Part shown: in pieces, positions 1 through 11,968 of the stretch
Position numbering within the stretch: the first letter of the stretch is position 1
How the letters are laid out: each line of letters starts with the position of its first letter
Assembly (NCBI GenBank): GCA_963832745.1
Contig: CAWHVC010000003.1
Location: 288,001-352,000 of the forward strand
Reading direction: 5' to 3'
Origin: Candidatus Bathyarchaeota archaeon
GTDB lineage: Archaea; Thermoproteota; Bathyarchaeia; Bathyarchaeales; Bathycorpusculaceae
DNA length: 64,000 nt
Notes under the pieces: model-generated
Database searches by the model: none
Told to the model about the DNA's origin: nothing
Seen by the model: only the letters and a program-made list of their open reading frames with translations
Program-made: the position numbers and the translations under genes

Positions 1-204
1 CACGTTGCCCCTGAAGCCTTTGACGGCGGCCCAATAGCAATTTTGCAAAACGGCGACACAATAACCATTGACATACCAAACAGGGTTCTAAAGGTCAATT
101 TGAGTGACGAAGAAATTAAAGCCCGTTTGGCTGCTTGGAAGCCTAGAAAACCCAAGTTTTCTAAAGGAATTCTTTCCAGGTATTCGCCTGTTTCTCTTGA
201 ATAA
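1..204 (+). CDS. ilvD: Dihydroxy-acid dehydratase, C-terminal end (partial, starts before the window)
   Basis: Manual frame +1 translation [30 protein letters not shown]...KGILSRY...LE*, matching the IlvD/Edd C-terminal HVxPEA-GGPIA motif. Confidence 0.9.
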   Translation, partial: HVAPEAFDGGPIAILQNGDTITIDIPNRVLKVNLSDEEIKARLAAWKPRKPKFSKGILSRYSPVSLE

Positions 205-317
205 TTAATTTTTTTCCTTTAAATTTTTTAAATTTTTCTTGTATATTAAGTTCAAACTTACAATAGTTTTATAACTTCAACTCAACAACCGAACCCTCAC
301 GGAATTGAGAGAAAAAA

Positions 318-2795
318 ATGTCAAAAAAATTTTATTCTTCAGCACTAGCTATAATCTTTATTGTATCAATTGCAACATCAATCATTGCAATGCCAAACCC
401 CACCACAGCAGCAACAGGCGCCAAAACTTACCCGTTCGTTGAAGCAGTACCAAACCCAGTCGGTGTCAATCAAAGAACACTGATTAACTTTGGTTTACTA
501 AACTACCTCAACGTCGATGGCGACGGCTGGAACGTAACTTTAACCATCACCGACCCAAGCGGACACGTCACAACAGTTGACCGCAAAACATGGTCCACCG
601 GCACAGTAGGCTACAGTTTTGTTCCAGAAACAAACGGCACATACATCCTCAAATGCAGCTTCAAAGAATCATGGTACAACTCATCATATGTAGGATGGTT
701 TGGACCAGTAACCTCTAGCACATACATGGCATCAAGCGAAACCGACCCATACGAACTCATAGTTACTAATGAACCTACAGCATCATACCCGGGACATGCA
801 ATGCCAACTGAATACTGGAGCAGACCTATCGATCCACAACTTCGTGAATGGTGGTCCGTTTCAGGCAGCTGGGTCTCAGCACCATTAAACCTGTTTGCAC
901 CATACAATGATGCACCAGAAAGTGCACACATTCTATGGACAATGCCAATCGGCGACACAATGGGCGGCTTAATCGGCGGCGACTCAGAAGTAGGATACCA
1001 AAACGGAGACGCGTATGAAGGCAAATGGGCTGGTTCAGTAATAATCAGCGGAGTACTATACTACAACCGGTACACAACCTCTTTCTATTCAACCTCGCCA
1101 AAACAGGAAGTAGTAGCAGTTGATTTGCACACAGGCCAAACACTCTGGTCAAAAGTACTTGACACCAACGGGAGAATCGCTTTTGGACAAATCTTAAAAT
1201 GGGACTGCCTAAATAACCGTGGCGGATTTTCATACCTTTGGGTATCCAGCGGCACAAGCCTATACGCTTTTGAAGCCCTAACAGGCGACTGGCTATACAA
1301 CTATACTAACGTACCAAGCGGCACTAACTATTATGGTCCAAACGGTGAATTCCTAAGATACCAAATCAGCAACGGCAGATTGCTCAGATGGAACTCAAGC
1401 TACGTAGTTACAGCAGGTAAAAGTGGCATGGCTGAAAGCTGGGGAAGCCAGATACAGGGAATGTCATTTGACGCATCTAAAGGCTATGACCTGAACGTTT
1501 CAATTTCAGGCACCATACCAAGTACTAGCATCTTGCAAGTGTTTCCAGGCGACAGAGTTATAGGAGGAAACTATACTGTTGGGGCACCAAGCGGTAACGG
1601 CGTTACTCTTTGGGGCTTAAGCTTAGCACCAGGCCATGAAGGTACAGTACTCTTTAGCAATACTTGGGCAGCACCAGCAACTTGGGCAGACCTAGCAGGC
1701 ACAATGCAAAGCTACTTCACCGCATACAGTCAAGAAGACTACGTTGCAACATTCTGGGCAAAAGAAGAAAGAATCAACTATGGCTTTAGCCTTGAAACAG
1801 GCAAAAACCTGTGGGCAACTGAACCACAAAACTATGCAGACGCATGGACAGATTCCCCAGCAGATGAGAGAAACATTGCTTATGGCAAACTCTACTCAGC
1901 AAGCTGCGGTGGTACAGTCTACTGCTTTGATATACAAAATGGTGAAACACTGTGGACATATAATGCAACCGACCCGTACACAGAATCATACATCACAAAC
2001 AACTGGTGGCTCATGACGACTTTCATTTCAGACGACAAAATCTACCTCGGACACATGGAACACTCAGCACAAGAACCAAAACCAAGAGGCGCACCCTTCA
2101 TATGCCTAAACGCAACAGACGGCACACTAATCTGGGAAATCGACGGTGCATTCAGACAAACACGCTGGGGCGGACGAGCTATAATCGGCGACTCCATAAT
2201 AGTAACACAAGACACTTATGATCAACAAATTTATGCTATCGGTAAAGGTCCAAGCGCAATGAGCGTTACAGCACCAGATGCAGGTGTAACAACCAGTTCA
2301 GGTGTTATGATTAGAGGCACAATAACCGATGTATCTCCAGGCACAACAGACTCATCTATTGCTATGCGGTTCCCCAATGGTGTTCCAGTGGTTTCAGACG
2401 CAAGCCAAAGCGACTGGATGCTTTACGTATACAAACAATTTGAGCAACCAAGCGGCGCAACCGGTGTTCCAATCTCTATTGACGCAGTTGATCCTAACGG
2501 CAACTATGTTCACCTTGGCGATACAACAAGCGATTCAAGCGGCAGATTCCACTTAAGCGTCTGCCCAGATACTCCAGGTGACTATGTCATCTATGCCACA
2601 TTTGGCGGTTCAGCAGCTTTCTATTCATCATTTGCCCAAACAGAAATGACAGTGATGAATGCTCAATCAGAATCAACTCCAGCGCCATCTCAAGCTACAC
2701 AAACACCATACGAATTGTACACTATCGGATCAGCCATTGTAATTATCATTGCAATAGCATTAGTAGCATTATTGCTGCTTAGAAGAAGACCATAA
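318..2795 (+). CDS. Secreted, membrane-anchored PQQ-type (BamB-like) beta-propeller protein
   Basis: 825 aa ORF; signal peptide; repeated AVDLHTGQTLW / CFDIQNGETLW / CLNATDGTLIW propeller motifs; Ig-like C-terminal region; C-terminal TM helix followed by RRRP. Confidence 0.85.
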   Translation: MSKKFYSSALAIIFIVSIATSIIAMPNPTTAATGAKTYPFVEAVPNPVGVNQRTLINFGLLNYLNVDGDGWNVTLTITDPSGHVTTVDRKTWSTGTVGYSFVPETNGTYILKCSFKESWYNSSYVGWFGPVTSSTYMASSETDPYELIVTNEPTASYPGHAMPTEYWSRPIDPQLREWWSVSGSWVSAPLNLFAPYNDAPESAHILWTMPIGDTMGGLIGGDSEVGYQNGDAYEGKWAGSVIISGVLYYNRYTTSFYSTSPKQEVVAVDLHTGQTLWSKVLDTNGRIAFGQILKWDCLNNRGGFSYLWVSSGTSLYAFEALTGDWLYNYTNVPSGTNYYGPNGEFLRYQISNGRLLRWNSSYVVTAGKSGMAESWGSQIQGMSFDASKGYDLNVSISGTIPSTSILQVFPGDRVIGGNYTVGAPSGNGVTLWGLSLAPGHEGTVLFSNTWAAPATWADLAGTMQSYFTAYSQEDYVATFWAKEERINYGFSLETGKNLWATEPQNYADAWTDSPADERNIAYGKLYSASCGGTVYCFDIQNGETLWTYNATDPYTESYITNNWWLMTTFISDDKIYLGHMEHSAQEPKPRGAPFICLNATDGTLIWEIDGAFRQTRWGGRAIIGDSIIVTQDTYDQQIYAIGKGPSAMSVTAPDAGVTTSSGVMIRGTITDVSPGTTDSSIAMRFPNGVPVVSDASQSDWMLYVYKQFEQPSGATGVPISIDAVDPNGNYVHLGDTTSDSSGRFHLSVCPDTPGDYVIYATFGGSAAFYSSFAQTEMTVMNAQSESTPAPSQATQTPYELYTIGSAIVIIIAIALVALLLLRRRP

Positions 2796-2811
2796 GAAAA
2801 CCTAAACAATC

Positions 2812-2830
2812 ATTTCCTTTTTTCTTTTTA
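2812..2830 (+). terminator. Oligo-T archaeal terminator candidate
   Basis: T-rich pyrimidine tract directly after the stop codon at 2795. Confidence 0.45.
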
Positions 2831-3095
2831 AATTTTCAAAAAAAATATGAAACAGGATTAATTTGTGTGCTTTTATCTGGTTTACCAGATAAGCCCATGC
2901 ATGCCCTCGCCCAGTTGGAATTGCCCGTTTATAGTTTAACCTTGACAGTAACCGTAAGGTGAGCCTTTGCAAGTATTGGTAACAGTTTTGACCTAGGCGC
3001 TGTTGTATGGTACTCTTGTTGGTTCAGTGGTATTGTATACGCTAAAAGATGAGCAGCTACTACGAGAGCAACGCCGACTAATGTGACCGCGATAA

Positions 3096-3311
3096 GTACC
3101 AAGACACAAAGTTATCAATACCCTAAATCTTCATCAGGACAAATATCTGCAAAAATGCAGCATAAAAGAAGCAGGCTTAAGCAAACTTAAAACCCACCGC
3201 ATAGTTACACGCCTTTCTGAAGGCGGCATTGTTGCCCTGGAAAAAACTGGAAACACAAACACGGTATACTTGGATGATAGGCTAAAAAGAAAGAAGACGG
3301 ATACCCCGTAA
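3096..3311 (+). pseudogene. Remnant of a MarR-like winged-helix regulator C-terminal domain
   Basis: Manual translation KVINTLNLHQDKYLQKCSIKEAGLSKLKTHRIVTRLSEGGIVALEKTGNTNTVYL; preceded by in-frame TAA at 3093-3095; no start codon upstream of the domain. Confidence 0.65.
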
Positions 3312-3346
3312 GCCCCAGGGTTTTGGAGCTTTAGGGTTTTTCTGTT

Positions 3347-6300
3347 TTATTGTTTTGCTTTTTTGTTGTTGTCGGTTTTGATTCTTTGCAGTCGTCTGAT
3401 TGGGTTGTACCAGTTCCATTTTCCAAGCATCGACATTACTGCCGGCACAAGGTAAGTGCGCACGACTAAAGCGTCGATAAGTATGGAGAATGAGAAAGCA
3501 AATCCCATTTCTCTTAGTAGCAGATTGCTTGATAGCATAAGTGCACCTAGTGAGCCGGCAAGGATGATGGCTGCTGCTGTGATGATTCCACCTGTTTGCT
3601 CTATTGAGTGGACGATTGCCGTTTTGAGTTTTTCACCTTTGGCTGCTTCTTCACGGATACGGGTTAGGATGAAAATGTTGTAGTCCATGCCTAAACCGAG
3701 GAGCAGCACGAAGAGAATCAGTGGTGTCATGAAGAGTAAGCCGTAGTTGAAGGCTGACTGGAACACGACTGCTGTTACAGCAAGAGTCCAAACAATGCTC
3801 ATTAACACTGAAACAAGAGCGAACAATGGTAGAACCAAGGAGCCAAGCACAAAGAACAGCACCAAGCTTACGCCGACTGCAACGATTGGCAATATAACGT
3901 TGAATTGGTCTACGAACACGTTTTTGGTATCAAGGATACCGCCTGTTGTTCCGCCCATGTAAATGCCAGTAACTCCGTCTGTGTTGTCAAAGTTTGTGTG
4001 TAGATTATTTCTCATGTCTTGGGCGGCGTTCATTGCGGGTGTGGAGTATGGGTCAACGTTGAAACGCAGTGTAATTAGGGCTGATTTGTTGCCTGAGCCA
4101 ATGTTTGACATTATAGAGTTGTAAGTGGTTGGGTCTGATGTTGAGTTGATGTTTTGGTAATCTATTGGCACGTCATAGGGCATTGTGGGACTTGAAACTT
4201 CTTGCACGTCAGCATGGCTTGATACTTGGTTGGAAATTTGTTGTATAGTCGCCATTGCATCATGGTTAAAAACGCCGTCCTTAACGATAGGTTCATCGAA
4301 AGTGACTACCACGTATGAGGGGAACAGTTTGCCGCCGCCAAAAGAGTTGGTCAAAGTGTGTGAAGCCTGTATGGATTCTAGACTGTTTGATGCGCCGCCA
4401 AGGAAGTCGTAGGTTGGAACTGTTGTCATGTAAACATAGAATGTTGGCACTGTTACCAAGATTGCTACAAGCACGACTACTTTTGCGTGTTTTACTGAAA
4501 AGTTGCCACTTTTTGCGAAGTAGCCGTTTTTGTGTACTGATTTTTGTTTTACTGATTCGGCGTATTTTTGGAAGCGCGAGCCAGTGTTTGGCCAAAATAT
4601 TCTGTCACCAAGTATTGCGGTTAAGGCTGGCGCAAATGTTAAAGATACGGCGAGCATGACGATTACGCCTAAACCGACGACTAGGCCCATTGTTTGCATT
4701 AGCACGATTGAGGTTATTGCTAGTGAGAGGAAGGATATGATGACTGTTGCGCCGCTTGTGGTGATGGATTCGCCTGCCCAAGTGACTGATTGTATGATGG
4801 CTTTATGCAGGGGTAAACCGTTAACGCGTTCTTCTCGGTGGCGGGCAATAATGAAGATACTATAGTCGGTGCCCACCCCGATTAACACGGTTAAGAGGAT
4901 AGTGGGAATCATGAAGTCAACGTGGTTGATGTATGTGCCAACGAGGTAGAGAAATATTTGTGAGATTCCCAAACCGACGCCTATTGTGCCTAAAGTTATC
5001 AGTGGAGTTACTATTGAGCGGAAGAACAAGCCAGTTGCAACCAGCAGTAGCACTATGGTTACTGGAAGAATCAGTTCAAGGTCAGCCATGGTGGAAACGT
5101 TGAAGTCATAGTTTAATGCGTCAGTTCCTGTAACAAGTGCGGATTCAACGGTTGGGTTCTGCGCTACCAAGGTTTTTATGTGGTCTCTTATTGCTAACAG
5201 GTTGCTTTCGCTTGACTTGTTAAAATCAACAGAGATTATTGTAACATCTTTTGCTGGCGAAACAAACGATGAAACCAAAGTGTCGAATTCTTGACCAACA
5301 TTGTAAACGTCTGGGTTGTAAACTATGTCACCTGCCAATACACGCAGTTGAGCTTCAGTGGGGTTTTCACCTAAACCATAAATGGTTTTAACCAAGTCTT
5401 CTGAGAGGCCTGATTGACCTGCAAGATAGGTGATTGTGAAGTTGTAGAGTTTGTCGTTGTTTTGTGTTTGGTTGTTGTTTAGGAAATCGTTTAAGCTGAA
5501 AGTGTTTGCCAGTGAAGTTGCAAAATCGTTGATTGTACTGTTGTCGTTAAGGTAGTGACTTATGAATTGGCTTGTTGCTTGGTCGGTGATGGCAAGGGCG
5601 CGTTCTGTTGCTGTGTAGTCGTTCATTGAAGCGTTGTTGAAGGTTGCCGCCCATGAAGCATCAAAAATGTCAAGCAAATGTGAAGTGTATTGGTCAAATG
5701 CTGCTTGGTCAGCGTCTTTGAGGATTGTTTGGCTTTGATTGAGGGACACTTCGTTGAGCATTGTTATGAAGCTGTCCATGTTGTAGTCGTCAGCATTCCA
5801 GATGACATCGTCTGGTTAAGGTTTTTATTTGGGTTTGGCTTGGGTTTCTTCCCAAATTGAAAGCCGCATTAACAAATGCTACTGTTGCGTCTGACTGGTT
5901 AGCAATGTAGTGGATAGAGAAGTCTTGGAGTGCTGCAGCGTTTTGTTCAGCCGTGTTGTAGAGGAAATTTTCAAGCTTTAAGGCTGCTGGTTAAGGAGTT
6001 TGCGAAGTCAATAGCGGTTTGGTTTCCTGCCAAGAAATTGTTAATGTACAATTGTACGGTTTGGTCGGTTGCTGCTGAAGCACGTTGTATTGGAGTTAAT
6101 TGTTGGGTTGCGGGGTTTTGGAAACTTATTGTCCAAGTAGCGTTGAAAGCGTCAAGCAATGGTTTTGTGTACATTTGGTAGGATGCGGGGTCAAGTTGCT
6201 GCATCATCGCGGCTGTCTGGTTGTAAGCCACTTCGTTAAACATTGGAATGAATGTTTGACCCATATTGTAGCTTTCTGGGTTAAGGATGATTGCGTCAGC

Positions 6301-7530
6301 TGCTGATGTAAGCTGGACTGCAGTTGGGTTTTGTCCTAGATTGTAAGCTGCAGTTACAAACTCTACTGATTGCCCTGACTGAGCAACTACAGTTTGGATT
6401 GCAAAATTGGCAAGTGCCGCTGTGTATTGGGTTTGGTTGCTTTGCAAGAATTGGTCAAAGGTGATGGCGCTGGTTAAAGCAGTTGTGAATTGCTGTGCTG
6501 TTTGGTCGCCGGCAAGGAAAGTGTTAATGTACATTTGAGTTGTTTGGCTTGAAACAGCTGATGCCCGCTCAACTGGAGTTAAAGTTTGAGTTGTGGGGTC
6601 TTGGAAGCTTTGGACCCATCCATTGTAGAAGGCGTCAAGTAATGGTGAAGCGTACATTGAAAATGAAGCGGGGTCTGCTTGGTAGAGGATTTGTGCGGTT
6701 TGGTTGTAGGCAAGCTGGTTTGCCATGTCAACGTTCTGTGTTTGAGTGTAGGTTTGTGTCCAAACGTTTAGGTAAGTTGCTGGAACGCCGTAGAGTAGGT
6801 TGAGGGTCATGTTAGCATTGTTGAAAACTGTGTAGACGCCTTGGTTTGTCTGGTTAAGACCATCGGCGAATTGGGTTTGGGTTTGGTTGTAAGCAGAAGA
6901 CCACACCATCGTGTACATGGCTGGAACGCCGTAAAGCAGATTATAAGTCATGTTTGCGTTGTCAAAAACCATGTAAACATTAGGGTTTAACTGTTCAAGC
7001 CCGTTTGAAAGCTCGGTTTGGGTTTGTCCATACGCTGTTTCCCAAATGGTCTTGTACATGACGGGGACGCCGTAAAGCATGCTGTAGGTCATGTTTGCGT
7101 TAGTGTAAAGAGTGTAGGCGCCCTCGTTTGTTTGGTTGAGCGCTGGAATCAAAATGGTGTAAACGTTTGTAACATTCTGCACGCCAGTGATGTCTGGGTC
7201 AGACTTTATTTGGTCTGATAATTGTTCAAGAAATCGTTGCGTCTCGATTGATGAAGCGTTATTTGTTGATACAACTATAACTAAAGAATTGTTTGCTACG
7301 GACGAAGAGAAGTAATCTCCGATTAAATCGTCTGCTTTAACAGATTCAAGGCTGCTGTCACTTGAGGCACCCATCTGAAGCGATACCACGCCTGTTGCGC
7401 TAAGCGCAAACGGAATGATAAGAACCAAGAGAAGAAGCCAAGCGAAGATGACAACGTATTTGCGTTTTAGTACCAGTTGTCCGATTTTTCCAAAGAAGTT
7501 TACCTTTTCGGTTTTCATGTTGGGAATCAC
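3347..7530 (-). CDS. MMPL/RND-family transporter with a very large repetitive extracytoplasmic insert; split by two +1 frameshifts
   Basis: GVGTDYSIF and GLGMDYNIF MMPL motifs; ORFs 5971-7530 and 3347-5779 join into one frame (SLKLENFLYNTAEQ...TLTDDVIWNADDYNMDSF) after removing one base near 5978 and one near 5814. Confidence 0.85.
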
Positions 7531-7669
7531 TACTTTTTCGTTTTTCTATGTTAGTTATTAAGTAACGTTGAATTCAGAAAGCAAACACTCACCACTCGGA
7601 TATACATTCTACCGCACAGGTTCGGCTCTAGTCGAAGCATATTTAAACAGTGACACAGGTTCCTTTTGT

Positions 7670-8332
7670 ATGCGTCGCTTAATCTTGGAAGCCTCCCAAA
7701 AAGAAATATCTAAAATAGGCATCGAAATGCCACAATTTGATAAAATAAAATCACTGGAACTACTATATATCCTACGGCAGGACCAAGAAGAATTTACCGC
7801 AATCTCGCAAGTAGAATTCAAAGACCACAGCACAGAAGTGATGGAACTACAAAAAAACGGTTTTCTTATGGAAATTCAAGTGTTAGAGCACCAAAAAAAC
7901 GGCGTCTACACAGTTTTTATGCGTGGAGCCCCAAGCCTTTCCTCAGTTTTAGAGTCTATCGGAGTAGAAAGCGGTTACCTGTTTCCGCCAATTGGCATAA
8001 GCGACGGAAAAATCAAAATTTCCTTCCTCGGCAGCGAAGGGCAAGTTCGCGCTTTCTTGGAAAAAGTTGATGCCGCACAAATCCACTACAAAGTCGTCAT
8101 GCTAACCGACGCAAACTTCGCACCATCCTCACCCCTAAACGAGCTAACCGAGAAACAGAGGGAAGTGCTGCTTGCCGCCTACAAAAACGGTTACTACGAC
8201 ATCCCAAGACGCACAAACACACGACAGTTATCCAAAAAACTCGGCATAGGCGACTCCACGCTGGCGGAGCATTTGCGCAAAGCAGAAAGACACCTCTTAG
8301 TTAGCCTGTTAAGCCAAAACACCAACACCTAA
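7670..8332 (+). CDS. HTH_10 (bacterio-opsin activator type) transcriptional regulator
   Basis: C-terminal LTEKQREVLLAAYKNGYYDIPRR...LGIGDSTLAEHLRKAE; divergent from the MMPL gene; ATG at 7670 preferred as start. Confidence 0.88.
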   Translation: MRRLILEASQKEISKIGIEMPQFDKIKSLELLYILRQDQEEFTAISQVEFKDHSTEVMELQKNGFLMEIQVLEHQKNGVYTVFMRGAPSLSSVLESIGVESGYLFPPIGISDGKIKISFLGSEGQVRAFLEKVDAAQIHYKVVMLTDANFAPSSPLNELTEKQREVLLAAYKNGYYDIPRRTNTRQLSKKLGIGDSTLAEHLRKAERHLLVSLLSQNTNT

Positions 8333-8373
8333 ACAATGGACTTTTAACCGTTTTAAAAAAAAGAAAAAGTGGT

Positions 8374-9840
8374 TTATAATGAATACCATGCATGCAAATC
8401 AGTATCACCCGTAATCTGCCTGCTTGCACCATTCCCTAAACCATCACTGAAAAAATAAAAATTCCAATAAATATACGGAGTATCCACATAAACAGTATGC
8501 GACCCCACAGCAACCTGAACAGTAGGCGGTGCGTATCCAACAAGATTGCCATCAACATACACAGCAGGACACAACGTATACCCGCCACCATCACTAGCAG
8601 TAACAGTCAACGAATAATACGTTTGCTGGTTTTGAATAGTTACAGTTTTTGGGCTTGATGAACCACTGGAACGACCTGTAGAATCCTGAGCAGTCACCCT
8701 CACTGAATATTGACATGCACTAGGCCATGAATGCGAAGCATACGCTGTTGAACCACTTGAATAATAGCCCGTAGTAGTTGAAGTACCATCACCCCAATCA
8801 AAAGTGTACCTTATGTTATCACCGTTTGCATCAGTAGACACCGCCGAAAACTGATAACTCGAACCAACATAACCAGAGGAAGGACCGCCAACAGACGGCG
8901 TACTAGGTGGGGCTGGCTGGTTCGAAATAGTTACAGTTAATGGACTTGACTGGCTACTTGAACGATAAGTGCTGTCTTCTGCAGTCACCTGCACCGAGTA
9001 TTGTCCCGTACTAGACCAGCTATGAGAAGCATAAACAGTTGCACCGCTTGAATACCAGCCAGTAGTAGTTGATGTTCCATCGCCCCAGTTGAAAGTGTAA
9101 CGTATATTGTCACCATTTATATCAGTAGATACCGCCGAGTACTGGTAGCTCTGACTAATATAACCCGACGAAGGCCCACCAACAGAAGGTGTACTTGGAG
9201 GTGAAGGGTCCGGAATACGTTCATACCGCGCCGTTAACGTACTATCAGAAGTGATTGAAAGCGTCACAGGACGAGAATAATAGTTCAAACCATTAAGGGT
9301 AAAGTAACGGAAAGTATAGCCAGCAATATCATCAACCGATATACTATGAGAACCAGAATAAATTTAGATCAGCAGTATAATAAGCATTACCATGGATTCT
9401 AAATAATGCACAGCAAGTGTTCCAGTATCAAAAGCATTTAAATGTAAGAGTAGGCTGGTAAAGCTTCAAATTACTATTGCCATAAACCCTCATTTAGCTA
9501 CCATCACCACTTTCATCATGCCAAGCACCGTCATAGTACATTGGCCAAACCGAAAGATATCCTTGGTGAAGGTCGATTTCACCAAAATTGCCAGTATAGA
9601 ATTGTTGGAAGCCAGCCAAAGGTGAAGTGACATTAATTTAAAGAGTAAGCAAGGAAGGGATACTAGCACCACTAACATGTATATATACGAGCTATTGTGT
9701 GCAGTTACAACTTGGCTTAAAGCTGCTGAACCGTAATGAAAACCAAGGTAAACAAAGCTGCCAGTATCTGGACGAGCATAACCATCATCACTCATATGAT
9801 AGGCGGTATTAAATCCTTGAAAAGTATCCCTATTCTCCAC
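8374..9840 (-). pseudogene. Degraded surface protein: protease-like domain remnant, two PKD repeats and a PEGA-like C-terminal domain
   Basis: 8374-9288 has two PSTPSVGGPSSGY...YTF(N/D)WGDG PKD repeats; upstream fragments (SDDGYARPDTGSFVYLGF; MRVYGNSNLKL) align with the 41983-43152 protein; several frameshifts and an in-frame stop; 5' end missing. Confidence 0.75.
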
Positions 9841-9956
9841 AAGACGAGGGTTTATAAAAAAAGATGTAAAAAATCAATCGATAAGGCACCTCAATAGAAA
9901 CGAGAATAATTTTTAACAAAACAGATATTTTATTGTAATTATTTCAATAAACTATC

Positions 9957-10089
9957 ACTGAGAATTTCTGTTTCAGTTACAACATTTTTAAAAAAAACGA
10001 GTTTCAACAAATTTTTCAGCTTGGGGCAGTACTGAGATTTTGTTTAGTTACAACATTTAAAAAACGAGCTTTCAACAAATTTTTCAGCT
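9957..10089. repeat. Imperfect tandem duplication of about 60-65 bp (9957-10021 and 10031-10089)
   Basis: ACTGAGA.TTT.TGTTT.AGTTACAACATTT..AAAAAACGAG.TTTCAACAAATTTTTCAGCT occurs twice. Confidence 0.85.
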
Positions 10090-10169
10090 CTTGCCACCCA
10101 TAAACTTTTGTTTTTAAGCTTTTTGGTTATTGTTGTTGCACCCTGCACCCACAAACTTGTTCCAACTAA

Positions 10170-10751
10170 ACAACCTCTAATATCACCGTTCTTAACAATA
10201 CTATACTCACAGCATCAGGAATTATATTTGAAACGTCAGAAAAGGCCCAAATCATAGGCAATGAAATAACAGGACAAGACAAGGGCTTTGGACATGGCAT
10301 ACGATTACTAAACTCATCTAACAACCTTATAGCCGCTAACAACTTCAAAGATACAGGTTCAGCAATCAGAATAGGCCTCACCAGCATAAACAACACATTC
10401 TATCATAACAATTTCTTAAACAACAAAAACAATGTGGGAGCTTATACAGAAGAGGATAATTTGGACTCTTTGAGCCATAATAAAGGCGTGTACTGGAGTA
10501 ACGCCAACAGCACAGATGCAAATAATGATGGCATAGGCGATACACCTTATATTATTGATGAGAAACGTCAAGACCCTTACCCCTTAATGACACCCTATAA
10601 CATCACCAACACAAACAACATAGACATACACACACCAAAAATAGAGAAGAACCAAAACCAAACAACCACCATAACAGCCGCCGCCACATTAGCAGCAGTA
10701 ATAACCATCGGAGCCCTCCTAACAATATACTACAAGAAACATCAACACTAA
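10170..10751 (+). pseudogene. 5'-truncated NosD/CASH parallel beta-helix protein with C-terminal TM anchor
   Basis: Frame is open from 10170 (after TAA) with NNT/SNN repeats, FYHNNF and YWS...DANNDGIGDTPY..DPYPLM; no start codon or signal peptide; paralog of 39342-40268. Confidence 0.75.
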
Positions 10752-10911
10752 AACATTTAACGCATAAAAAATAACTGCATCTCTTAGCAGTTAAAAGACT
10801 GCTTTTTTAACAGCATTTTTGTAGATCTTTTTAATGCTAAAATTGTTTTTTGGGGTTGGGTGTTTTGGTTTTTTGTGTGGAGTGTGAACTGGTTGGCGTA
10901 GGCATTGTTTG

Positions 10912-11190
10912 ATGGGTTATGCTAATGCCCGACCTGCATTGTACTTACCGTTGCTTTATTTTTCATATTATCCTATTTGGATCCTATTAGAAACTCATTG
11001 TAGGAACCTATAGGGGGTCTATCTTTTCAGCGCTTTCTGCTACGAACCTATTTGGCGCCTATTAGTGGTTCTATGTTGAAACCTTAGAGGGGCAGGTAGA
11101 AAACTGGTTATTTCTCCACCAAATACAATAGGAAACCTATAGGGGATAGGCGCTAATGGTTGATTTTCACGTCATTAATATGATGAAAAA
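10912..11190. repeat. Dispersed non-coding element, copy A (two full cores and one partial core)
   Basis: Shares upstream ATGCTA.TGCCCGAC.TGCA, core CCTATT.G..CCTATTAG...GAAACCTATAGGGG and tail TAGG...TGA...TCA...TAT..TGAAAA with 18934-19158 and 35436-35588. Confidence 0.85.
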
Positions 11191-11197
11191 CTTGGGG

Positions 11198-11968
11198 TTA
11201 GGCGCTGATTTTTGGTGGTGGACGAACACGCCTGCCCATTTTGATGCGGAGCGCAACGCGGTAGAGTTTGCGTAGTGATTTTACCAGTTGCTCAACCGTT
11301 GGGGCGGAAGAGTAAATCAAAGGTATCTGCTCATACTCAGCCAGTTTAGCAGCTTCTTCATCAGGCAAGGTTTTATGGAAAACCACCACCCGCGGCTTAA
11401 GCGTGCTAACGCGGACAATCATCATCGGCAAACTGCAGGCATCCACATTAGTAAAAATTAGCGCCCGCTCGGTGGAAGCACCAAAAAGTTGTGTATACTC
11501 GGAGCCTGAGAGAGCTTCAACAGCACGTTTACTGTCAATAACCGTGTAACCCGTGATTTCTCTAACAGATTTTTCTTCTTTAAAAGCAACTACTTCGCCG
11601 TTAATTGCCCGGCACAAGTATTCAACGCGAACTGGAATAGGAAATTCCCGCAGGTCAATAATGGCCATGCTTGGGGAACTGGTAAGTTTAGCAAATTCAC
11701 GTATGAAACGACTGCCCTTAGACTCATCAAGCTGCAATAGCGCCAAGACGAAGCGACGGATGAATTTGGCTCCGGGGCTTTTTCGGCGTCCACTTTCATA
11801 ATCGCTAATAACTGAGGAAGATAAACCCATGCCTTCTGAGAGACTAAGCTGCGAAACTGCGAAAAGTTCACGCCATTTTCTCATAGTAGCGCCTGGTCTT
11901 GCGGAAAGAATTATTTCGCCAGCGATTCTTCTTGCCAAAACTTCACGAGTACTAGGTGACACAGACAT
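11198..11968 (-). CDS. Archaeal XRE-family HTH regulator with DRTGG-like domain (COG1709-like)
   Basis: RIAGEIILS..PGATMRKWRELF...SVISDYESGRRKSPG; start placed at MSVSP. Confidence 0.85.
   Translation of the reverse strand: MSVSPSTREVLARRIAGEIILSARPGATMRKWRELFAVSQLSLSEGMGLSSSVISDYESGRRKSPGAKFIRRFVLALLQLDESKGSRFIREFAKLTSSPSMAIIDLREFPIPVRVEYLCRAINGEVVAFKEEKSVREITGYTVIDSKRAVEALSGSEYTQLFGASTERALIFTNVDACSLPMMIVRVSTLKPRVVVFHKTLPDEEAAKLAEYEQIPLIYSSAPTVEQLVKSLRKLYRVALRIKMGRRVRPPPKISA

Noticed and set aside
10972-11145. Repeated cores in copy A as a mini-CRISPR array
   Set aside because: Repeats are too divergent and irregular, there are only 2-3 units, and no cas genes or leader are present.
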